This document shows, one piece after another, positions 11,157 through 18,123 of a stretch of 24,000 nt of DNA; position 1 is the stretch's first letter; each line of letters begins with the position of its first letter. Below the pieces are notes generated by a model, which saw nothing but the letters and a program-made list of their open reading frames with translations, did no database searches and had not been told where the DNA came from. Source of the DNA: an uncultured delta proteobacterium (GTDB taxonomy: Bacteria; Desulfobacterota; Binatia; JACPRU01); NCBI GenBank assembly GCA_963745025.1, contig CAVUWD010000002.1:11522-35521 (forward strand), in the 5' to 3' direction. Both the position numbers and the translations under genes were made by a program.

Positions 11157-13379
11157 TCACTTCTCCTTGGCGACGTAGATCCCGTCCCAGGTCGCGGGCG
11201 GACGTTCGACGAGGAACTGCCGGCAGCGCTCGGCGAGCACCTGGCTTGGAGCGTCGTCGGGGCAACCGTCGAGGATCGCGAGCGCGCCGTCGAAACGGCG
11301 CGCGAAGTACGCCTCGAGGGCTTGCTCGTAGCGAGCGACGAACGCAGGCCGGGGAGCGGCGTCGTCTCGGCGGCCGAGGAGCTCGAAGACCTCGACGCCC
11401 TCTCGCTTCCCCTTTACGGCCACGCGATCCACGCGACGGAAGTGGAAGTGATCGCGCGCGTCCCGCTCCACCGCAGCGCTCACCAGGATGAACGTCCCGT
11501 ACTGCTTGTTGAGGCCCTCGAGGCGGGACGCGAGATTCACGCCGTCGCCCATCGCCGTGAAGCTCATGCGATCCGGAGCGCCGAAGTGGCCGACGTTCAC
11601 CTCGGCTCGGTGAATGCCGAAGCGCGTCCGCCAGGGAGCAAGGGCGGCCCACGCGGGGCTCGCGAACAGTGCCCCGGTCGCTTCGCCGCAGACGAGCGCG
11701 GCCTCGCAGGCACGTTCGGCGTGGCGCTCGCAAGGGTTGGGAGTGTTCCACAGCGCCATCACCCCGTCGCCCGTGTACTTGTCGATGATGCCGCCGGTCG
11801 AGTGGATCGCGCGCGTCATGGCGTCGAGATATGCGCCGAGCGCCACGGCGAGGGCATTCGGCGTCAGCTGTTCCGAGACCGTGGTGAAGCCCGCGATGTC
11901 GGAGAAGAGCAACGTCACGTCCTGGATCTGAGCGCCGAGCATGGGCTCGACCCGCGCTTCGTAGAGCTGCCGCACGAGATCGAGCGGCACGTACTTGCCA
12001 AGCGCGCGCAGAGCCGTCTTCGCTTGCTCGAGGCTGTCGGCGGCGGCCTGGACGTCGCGAAACGTGTCCGCCGCGGTCCGCGCGGGCGCGAAGTCGAAGC
12101 CGCTGAGGCGCGTCGTCTCGGTGATCAGGCGCCCGAGGTCTCGGCGCATCGCCCGCAGCATCAGCGCGCCACCCGCGACGGCGACGAGCATCAGGACCGC
12201 CGCGACCCCGAGAGCGCGCCGTCGCGACGCCTCGAGGTCGCTGAGGTAGTACGCTTCGGGAACGACGATGCCGACGAGCCATCCCTGGGTGCGGTCTTCG
12301 AGCAAGCTCGCGACGCTCACCAGGTACGGCGTGCCGCCGACGCTCAAGCGGACGAGCGCGGAGCCTCCCGAGGCCACGTCATTCAGCACCGGGGCGCGAA
12401 GCGCCGCTGCGACCTGCGGCGGCGGCGAGGCGGGTACCACGCGGACGTCTCCGTCGGGATCGGGCTTGCCGTCGGCGTCGAGGAGCGCGAAGCGATCGGC
12501 GGAGCCGAGGCGCGAGATCAATCGCCCGCGCCGATCGCAGAGGAATACCACGTGCGGGTCCGCCGAAGCCGAGCGCTCGTCGACGCGGAGCCGGGTGAAC
12601 TCGTCGATCCGATTGTTGAGCAGCGAGACGCGCAAGACGCCGAGAAACGTCTCGTCGTTCGACCAGAGCGCCTTCTGCACGCTAACGACGCGTCGGCGCG
12701 TCTCCTCCGGCAGACCCGCGTCGGCCTCGCTGTAGGAGAGGTCGCTCCACAGCGCCCGGCCTCGGTGCTCCTCCCGAGAGGGCACGGTGAAGGTGGCATG
12801 GATCGTCGGATCGACCGCGGGCGGCGCCGCGGCGTGGGGCGACGTTTCGTACGGCAGCCGACGTTCCTCGGCTTGCCAACGGCTCCCCACCTGCCAGAGG
12901 CGGCGAACCACCACCCCGGCGTCGCTCCCGGCACCGACTCGAGCGACCGAGACCTGCCCCGACTGGTCGGGCGAGAGCTTCAGGTCACCGGCGTCGTGAG
13001 GTCCGTCGTCGTGCTCGTAGCGCCCGACCGCTCGCCCGTAGGTCAGCGTGACCTCGGTCACTTGCGGGTGGCTGGTCAGCTCGCCGATCAACGACGACTC
13101 GACGGTGTCGAGCCGAGCCGGGTCGACGAGCCCGAGGTCCGTTTGCCACGCGAACGACTCGAGCAAGCGCTCCGCCTCTCCGAGATGCCCTTCGACGCGC
13201 TCGGTCACCCGGCGACTCGCCTGGCGCATGAGCTCCTCGGAGGCGAGCAAGATCGTGTGCCGCGAGCCCGCGTAGAAGATCGACAGCAGCGCGACCAGCA
13301 AGGCCGCGAGGCCGAGGAAGCAAAGCCCGATGAACTGCCCGAGCGTCAGTCGAGGCCGGTACAGGGAACGTCGCTGCAT
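11157..13379 (-). CDS. membrane sensor class III adenylate/guanylate cyclase (periplasmic sensor domain - TM - HAMP - cyclase)
   Basis: Lies within ORF 11157..13520. I prefer ATG 13379 (MQRRSLYRPRLTLGQFIGLCFLGLAALLVALL as TM1). A second TM is ALGVAAVLMLVAVAGGALML. The cyclase core reads VTLLFSDIAGFT..DKYTGDGVMALW..FGIHRAEVNVGHFG..MGDGVNLASRLEGLNK. Confidence 0.85.
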   Translation of the reverse strand: MQRRSLYRPRLTLGQFIGLCFLGLAALLVALLSIFYAGSRHTILLASEELMRQASRRVTERVEGHLGEAERLLESFAWQTDLGLVDPARLDTVESSLIGELTSHPQVTEVTLTYGRAVGRYEHDDGPHDAGDLKLSPDQSGQVSVARVGAGSDAGVVVRRLWQVGSRWQAEERRLPYETSPHAAAPPAVDPTIHATFTVPSREEHRGRALWSDLSYSEADAGLPEETRRRVVSVQKALWSNDETFLGVLRVSLLNNRIDEFTRLRVDERSASADPHVVFLCDRRGRLISRLGSADRFALLDADGKPDPDGDVRVVPASPPPQVAAALRAPVLNDVASGGSALVRLSVGGTPYLVSVASLLEDRTQGWLVGIVVPEAYYLSDLEASRRRALGVAAVLMLVAVAGGALMLRAMRRDLGRLITETTRLSGFDFAPARTAADTFRDVQAAADSLEQAKTALRALGKYVPLDLVRQLYEARVEPMLGAQIQDVTLLFSDIAGFTTVSEQLTPNALAVALGAYLDAMTRAIHSTGGIIDKYTGDGVMALWNTPNPCERHAERACEAALVCGEATGALFASPAWAALAPWRTRFGIHRAEVNVGHFGAPDRMSFTAMGDGVNLASRLEGLNKQYGTFILVSAAVERDARDHFHFRRVDRVAVKGKREGVEVFELLGRRDDAAPRPAFVARYEQALEAYFARRFDGALAILDGCPDDAPSQVLAERCRQFLVERPPATWDGIYVAKEK

Positions 13380-13440
13380 GATCGGAATTGTCGGGATCTT
13401 CGAGCTGATTTGGAAGCTTCGCGCCCGACAATTCCGATCA
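13379..13440. promoter_or_regulatory. 17-bp perfect inverted repeat abutting the cyclase start codon (operator or 5'-UTR hairpin candidate)
   Basis: tgatcggaattgtcggg (13379-13395) and cccgacaattccgatca (13424-13440) are exact reverse complements separated by 28 nt. The left arm includes the first base of the ATG at 13379-13377. Confidence 0.3.
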
Positions 13441-13493
13441 GGCGGCGCAATTCCGTCGAGCCCCGAGACGAGCGTGCGCGCAGGATTCCGGGG

Positions 13494-13548
13494 AAAAAAA
13501 CGGCTACCGGCTACCGGCAAAGACTCCAGGTGTCTCTTGCGGTAGCCG
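13494..13548 (-). terminator. Rho-independent terminator downstream of doxX
   Basis: On the - strand the sequence is CGGCUACCG..(30 nt, partly self-paired)..CGGUAGCCG followed directly by UUUUUUU (plus-strand A7 at 13494-13500). It starts 22 nt after the doxX stop. Confidence 0.65.
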
Positions 13549-13570
13549 GAAGCCGGTCGCCATTTTCTCC

Positions 13571-14029
13571 TCAGATCTCATGCCGGTTCATCGCGTTCGC
13601 GATCAGCCGATCGAGCGAGATCGGACCGGGGCCGGCGAGCGCCAGCCAAGCGAAGATCACCACGTACGCCCATTCCGTGAGCCCGAAAAAGCCCGCGAGC
13701 GAGTCGACGTTTCCCCACTGCGCGGTCTTGATCGCGACGAACATGACGACGATCAGCGGAACCGACGCGATGCGCGTGGCGAGCCCAACGAGCACGAGCA
13801 GGCCGCAGACGAACTCGTTGGCCGAGGCGAACGGCGCCTGGTACTGCGGGTAGGGGATGCCGAGCTCGGTGAAATAGTCGATGATCTTCTGCAGATTGTG
13901 GAGCTTCCCCCAGCCGGTCGAGACGAAGATCCAGCCGATCGTGAGGCGCGCGATGAGCGGCGCGAGCCAGGCGAGCCGTCGAGCGACGGCGCTCGGAAGA
14001 TCGTAAATCAGTGTGGCAATCAGATTCAT
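13571..14029 (-). CDS. doxX: DoxX family membrane protein
   Basis: ORF 13571..14029 has GAGGAG as SD upstream. Four hydrophobic helices are present, and LIARLTIGWIFVSTGWGKL and EFVCGLLVLVGLATR are typical DoxX motifs. Confidence 0.85.
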   Translation of the reverse strand: MNLIATLIYDLPSAVARRLAWLAPLIARLTIGWIFVSTGWGKLHNLQKIIDYFTELGIPYPQYQAPFASANEFVCGLLVLVGLATRIASVPLIVVMFVAIKTAQWGNVDSLAGFFGLTEWAYVVIFAWLALAGPGPISLDRLIANAMNRHEI

Positions 14030-14340
14030 GCTTCTTCTCCTCGGCCCTTGGCCCTTCTTCTGAACCTCGCCACGGCCCTTCGAGTTCCCGCCGCGACGAC
14101 TGCGGCGAGCTCGAAGGTCTCGCGAAGTCTACCTCTTGGATGAAGGCGCGCGGGGTGAGGTTTCGCGTTAGGGCGAGCCGAAGCTACGTAGGCGTTTTTC
14201 CACAAGAGGCTTGGTTGCGATCGCAGCCTCCCTCCACCCGGTGAGCGCTGGTGGCAGAGCCCCAGAGGAATCCTTCGGGGAATTGCCACCGATTCACTCA
14301 TTCCCTTCGAAGGATCGTAGCGCCCGCCCCGTTCCAGAGC

Positions 14341-14381
14341 TTGCCAACCGCCACGAGGAGTGCATTGATATGAAGTAATAT
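14341..14381 (+). promoter_or_regulatory. candidate sigma-70-type promoter / AT-rich box upstream of pmoC (weak)
   Basis: TTGCCA (14341-14346), then 17 nt, then ATTGAT (14364-14369), followed by TAATAT (14376-14381). This is the only AT-rich island in the 409-nt doxX-pmoC intergenic region, 58-98 nt upstream of the pmoC ATG. No strong consensus match. Confidence 0.2.
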
Positions 14382-14438
14382 CGGTCTTTGCGGGCGTGAG
14401 TACGGGAGAGAGAGCCCGGAAGCCGAGGAGGTAGAACG

Positions 14439-15221
14439 ATGGCCATGGCCGCAAAAGTCCTGACGATCGACGGTCGACGTGCCCCGAGCGCAGGAGGGAT
14501 CAATTACCGGCTCCTGGCCGGCGGGATGCTGACGCTCAGCGCGATCTTCGTGAGCGTTCGACTCTACCAGCAGTTCTTCGCCTGGACGACCGGACTGGAT
14601 TCGAGCACGCCGGAATTCCAGACGCACTGGATGCGGCTTCTCTACGGCGAGTTCTTCGTCGAAGGTGTGGCCGCGGCCGCGATCTGGGGCTGGCTCTGGA
14701 AGACGCGGGATCGCAATCTCGCGGCGCTCGAACCCTCGGAAGAGATCAAGCGCTATCTGCGTCTGATCGGTTGGCTGCTGATGTACGTCTTCGCGGTCTA
14801 CTGGGCCGAGTTCTTCGCCGAGCAAGACGCGACCTGGCACCAAACGGTGGTCCGCGACACCGAGTTCACGCCGAGCCACATTGCGCTCTTCTTCGGCGCC
14901 ATGCCGGTGTTCATCATCATGGGTGTGAGCTCGTATCTCTACGCGCGGACGCGCATTCCACAGTTCGCGCGCGGGCATTCGGTCCCCTTCGTGATCGCCG
15001 TCGCCGGCCCCTTCATGATGCTGCCCAACGTCGGCTTCAACGAGTGGGGTCACACGTTCTGGATCATGGAGGAGATCTTCTCGGCGCCGCTGCATGCGGG
15101 ATTCGTCGTGTTCGCCTGGGCCGCGCTCTGTCTCGGAGGCATCCTGATGCAGGGCATCCCCCGCATCATCGAGCTGGCGCAGGGAGAGGCGCAGCGGGCG
15201 GTACGCCCCGCGACCGGCTGA
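14439..15221 (+). CDS. pmoC: copper membrane monooxygenase subunit C (PmoC/AmoC family)
   Basis: ORF 14439..15221 has SD GAGGAGG 7 nt upstream. It is colinear with PmoC: TGLDSSTPEFQTHWM, WKTRDRN, EQDATWHQTVVRDTEFTPSH (Asp/His/His site) and PNVGFNEWGHTFW..APLH (Asn/His/His site). Confidence 0.95.
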   Translation: MAMAAKVLTIDGRRAPSAGGINYRLLAGGMLTLSAIFVSVRLYQQFFAWTTGLDSSTPEFQTHWMRLLYGEFFVEGVAAAAIWGWLWKTRDRNLAALEPSEEIKRYLRLIGWLLMYVFAVYWAEFFAEQDATWHQTVVRDTEFTPSHIALFFGAMPVFIIMGVSSYLYARTRIPQFARGHSVPFVIAVAGPFMMLPNVGFNEWGHTFWIMEEIFSAPLHAGFVVFAWAALCLGGILMQGIPRIIELAQGEAQRAVRPATG

Positions 15222-15245
15222 CCGTCGGCGGCGGCGAGGCGCGGA

Positions 15246-16016
15246 ATGGTGCAGCGGAAGGCAGCGTCGGCCGAACCGGCGTACGACGACGTATCTCCGG
15301 CATCGAGCGATCCGCAGCAGCTCTATCGGACGATCGATTGGCTGCTGATCCCGCTGCTCTTCATGGTGGTGCAGGCGGCCTTCCACATCCACGCGATGCT
15401 CACGGTGGGTGACTGGGACTTCTGGACCGACTGGAAGGATCGGCGCTGGTGGCTCGTGGTGACGCCGATCTCGCTCATCACCTTTCCCGCGGCGATCCAG
15501 TACGTTCTCTGGGAAAAGTTCCGGCTGCCGATCGGCGCCACGGTCTGCGTGACGGCGCTGCTGCTCGGACAGTGGATGAGCCGAACGATCAACTTCTACG
15601 GCTGGGCCTACTTCCCGCTGAACTTCACCTGGCCGGCGACGCTCATCCCGGGGGCGATTCTGCTCGACTGCGTGTTGATCCTCACGCGGAGCTATCTGTT
15701 GACCGGCATCTTCGGCGGCATGCTCTGGGGGGTGATCTTCTACTTCGGCAACTGGCCGATGCTCGCGCCCTTCCATCTGCCGATGAACCACAACGGCGTG
15801 CTGTTGTCGCTCGCCGACCTCCAGGGTTTCGAGTACATCCGGACGGGAACGCCCGAATACATCCGCATCATCGAGCGGGGTACGCTGCGCACGTTCGGCA
15901 AGGACGTTACCCCGGTCTCGGCGTTCTTCTCGGGGTTCGTGTGCGTGCTCATGTACTTCGTGTGGAATCTCATGGGTCGACTGCTGTCGACCGTGCGCTT
16001 CATCCAGAAGATCTGA
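15246..16016 (+). CDS. pmoA: copper membrane monooxygenase subunit A (PmoA/AmoA family)
   Basis: ORF 15246..16016. It has HIHAMLTVGDWDFWTDWKDRRWW, TFPAAIQ, GATVCV, FYFGNWP and RTGTPEYIRIIERGTLRTFGKDVTPVSAFFSGF, and ends VRFIQKI. From memory it is closer to methanotroph PmoA than to AmoA or actinobacterial hydrocarbon monooxygenases (not computed). Confidence 0.95.
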   Translation: MVQRKAASAEPAYDDVSPASSDPQQLYRTIDWLLIPLLFMVVQAAFHIHAMLTVGDWDFWTDWKDRRWWLVVTPISLITFPAAIQYVLWEKFRLPIGATVCVTALLLGQWMSRTINFYGWAYFPLNFTWPATLIPGAILLDCVLILTRSYLLTGIFGGMLWGVIFYFGNWPMLAPFHLPMNHNGVLLSLADLQGFEYIRTGTPEYIRIIERGTLRTFGKDVTPVSAFFSGFVCVLMYFVWNLMGRLLSTVRFIQKI

Positions 16017-16027
16017 GCACCGCGCGC

Positions 16028-17272
16028 ATGGCTTCACGCTCACGCTCACGCGGGCGGCTCGTAGCTCTGATCGCGCTCGGCTGGAGTGCGGTGGCGTCCC
16101 TCGCGTGGGCGCATGGGGAGCGCACCCAGGAGCCGTTCCTGCGCATGCGCAGCATCCTCTTCTACGACTGCCAGTGGTCGACGGATCGCCTGAAGGTGAA
16201 CGACGAGCTCGTCCTGTCGGGCCGATTTCGGGTGTTCGACGACTGGCCGATCGAAGTGATGGGCCGGCCGGAGACCGTGTACATCAACACGGGAGTGCCG
16301 GGCCCGGTCTTCGTGCGTAAAGAGTCGTTCCTGAACGGCGTGAACATGGCGAACTCCACGTCGCTGACGATCGGCGGCGACTACGAGTTCCAGGTGAAGC
16401 TTCGCGCCCGTGCTCCCGGCACCTACCACGTTCATCCGCTGATCAACGTCTACAACGCCGGCCCGATCCAGGGACCGGGAAAATGGGTGACCATCGAGCC
16501 GGGCGGCGGGCCCTTCACGAACCCGGAGAAGACGCTGATGGGCCAAGAGGTCGATCTCGAGCGATTCGGGTTCTCCACCGTGGTCGGGTGGCATCTCGTA
16601 TGGGTCGCGGTCGCTCTGGTCTGGCTCGCCTGGTGGGTCCGGCGGCCGCTGTTCATTCCGCGATACATCCTCGTCACGCGCGGCGCCGAGGACGAGCTCG
16701 TGTCCGCCACCGATCGCAAGCTCGCAGCAGGGCTCTTCGTCGCCACGCTGGCGATCGTGGTGATCGGCAACTACTGGGCGACCACGAAGTACCCGATCAC
16801 CGTTCCACTGCAGTCGAGCCGCATTCGCGTCAAGCCGCTGCCGCGGCCCGCGCAGGGGGTGGAGGTGGACCTCGTCAAGGCGACCTACGAGGTGCCCGGG
16901 CGCACGGTCTATCTCGACCTGAAGGTCACGAATCAGTTGGCGAAGCCGGTGCGCCTCTCCGAGCTCACCACGGCGAACGTGCGCTTTCTGAACGCCGCCG
17001 TCGCCAAGGACGAGCCGGGCTATCCGCGCGATCTGATCGCGCCGAGCGGGCTCGCGGTCGAGCCCGAAGCCGCGATTGGCCCGGGCGAGACGAAGCTCGT
17101 TCACGTCTCCGCGACGGACCCCATCTGGGAGACGGAGCGCTTGGCGCTCCTCCTCTACGATCCCGACAGCCGCTTCGGCGGGCTGCTCATGTTCCAGGAC
17201 TCCGAGGGCACGCGCTATCTATCGACGGTCGGTGGGCCGATCCTTCCGACCTTCAATCTGAAGGCGCTGTAG
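16028..17272 (+). CDS. pmoB: copper membrane monooxygenase subunit B (PmoB/AmoB family)
   Basis: ATG 16028 lies inside ORF 15449..17272. The signal peptide MASRSRSRGRLVALIALGWSAVASLAWA is followed by a mature N-terminal HGE. PGTYHVHPLINV supplies the HxH. Two central TM helices are present, and the C-terminal domain ends YDPDSRFGGLLMF. Confidence 0.95.
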   Translation: MASRSRSRGRLVALIALGWSAVASLAWAHGERTQEPFLRMRSILFYDCQWSTDRLKVNDELVLSGRFRVFDDWPIEVMGRPETVYINTGVPGPVFVRKESFLNGVNMANSTSLTIGGDYEFQVKLRARAPGTYHVHPLINVYNAGPIQGPGKWVTIEPGGGPFTNPEKTLMGQEVDLERFGFSTVVGWHLVWVAVALVWLAWWVRRPLFIPRYILVTRGAEDELVSATDRKLAAGLFVATLAIVVIGNYWATTKYPITVPLQSSRIRVKPLPRPAQGVEVDLVKATYEVPGRTVYLDLKVTNQLAKPVRLSELTTANVRFLNAAVAKDEPGYPRDLIAPSGLAVEPEAAIGPGETKLVHVSATDPIWETERLALLLYDPDSRFGGLLMFQDSEGTRYLSTVGGPILPTFNLKAL

Positions 17273-17325
17273 TGCGTAGGCCTTTCTTTGCAAGAAGCCA
17301 GCAAAGACGTCGCAGAATGATGAGC

Positions 17326-17371
17326 GCGCGTGTCCTATTCGATCCGTATTCGGATCGAATAGGACACGCGC
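17326..17371. repeat. perfect 21-bp-stem hairpin (type A palindrome, core TCGATCCGTATTCGGATCGA)
   Basis: gcgcgtgtcctattcgatccg (17326-17346), tatt loop, cggatcgaataggacacgcgc (17351-17371). It starts 54 nt after the pmoB stop. No U-tract follows on either strand. Confidence 0.9.
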
Positions 17372-17441
17372 AACCGCGACTATGAAGCGCGGGACGGTTC
17401 GAGCCGCTCCTTGGGTATTGCCTTCCGCGCTCCGCGCGGTG

Positions 17442-17489
17442 GGTGCCGTTTCCGGTCGAGCCGAGTACGGCTCGACCGGAAACGGCACC
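17442..17489. repeat. perfect 22-bp-stem hairpin (type B palindrome, core CCGAGTACGG)
   Basis: ggtgccgtttccggtcgagccg (17442-17463), agta loop, cggctcgaccggaaacggcacc (17468-17489). Confidence 0.9.
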
Positions 17490-17538
17490 GCTGTCATAAC
17501 GACGTACGTTCGTGGCAGAGACTGAAGGCATTACGCTA

Positions 17539-18123
17539 GTGCGCACGATCATCCACCGTCCACGCGCGAGGGCCGTGATTGCGCTCGTCGCGCTTCTCAC
17601 CGGAGCGGCGTCGACCGCCGCGCGCGCGCACGGCGGCGCGACGATCGACAAGGATCCGTGCGTACAAAAGACCGGCAACTGGTCCGTGCACTTCACCGTC
17701 TACGAGCCCGAGTTCGATCCCTCCGGCGAATACTGTGCCGACGTTCCGAAGGCCGGACCGATGATCGTCGTCTTCGACTTGGTCGATCAGGAATTGCGGA
17801 AGGTCCCCTTCGACCTCGAGATCGTCAAGGTGAACGGATCGTCCCGGGAGACCCTCCACCACGTCCCCGCCAAACCTTACCCGACCGGCGTGATCAACGC
17901 CCAGCTGACGATCGCCTCGCCCGGCCGCTACGCGGCGATCGTCACCCCCGAAGGTAAGGATCCGATCCTCTTCCCCATGCGGGTCGAGATTGCGATGCCG
18001 CTCTGGGTGTGGGTCATCCCGCTGCTGCTCGTCGCGCCTCTCCTCTACTACTGGAGCCAGCGCCGCACGCCCCCGCCCGCCGCGGCTTCCGAAGCGCGGC
18101 GAAACCTCGCGCTGGTCAAGTGA
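17539..18123 (+). CDS. secreted, C-terminally membrane-anchored protein with PmoD/AmoD-like architecture (putative copper protein)
   Basis: Lies within ORF 17512..18123. I prefer GTG 17539 (GAAGG 10 nt upstream), but GTG 17512 is possible. The signal peptide RTIIHRPRARAVIALVALLTGAASTAARA is followed by mature HGGATIDKDPCVQKTGNWSVH. A beta-rich ~125-aa domain follows, then one TM helix MPLWVWVIPLLLVAPLLYYW and a basic tail. It sits immediately downstream of pmoCAB. Confidence 0.6.
   Translation: MRTIIHRPRARAVIALVALLTGAASTAARAHGGATIDKDPCVQKTGNWSVHFTVYEPEFDPSGEYCADVPKAGPMIVVFDLVDQELRKVPFDLEIVKVNGSSRETLHHVPAKPYPTGVINAQLTIASPGRYAAIVTPEGKDPILFPMRVEIAMPLWVWVIPLLLVAPLLYYWSQRRTPPPAAASEARRNLALVK

Noticed and set aside
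10983-13853. 956-aa + strand ORF, the longest in the track
   Set aside because: It is antisense to the adenylate cyclase and doxX genes, both of which have clear domain signatures. Its composition is a low-complexity Arg/Ala/Gly/Pro bias.
14298-16049. 583-aa - strand ORF across pmoC/pmoA, plus the related long ORFs 16046..17104 (-), 17990..20512 (+) and 18048..20657 (-)
   Set aside because: All overlap genes with unambiguous PmoC/A/B, MCO and cupredoxin motifs. They are His/Arg/Pro-rich shadows with no recognisable domains.
17512-17530. Sigma-54 promoter (TGGCAG..GGCA) in front of the PmoD-like gene
   Set aside because: The GG-to-GC spacing is 14 nt rather than 12. The -12 element lacks TTGC. 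The sequence also overlaps a possible start codon.
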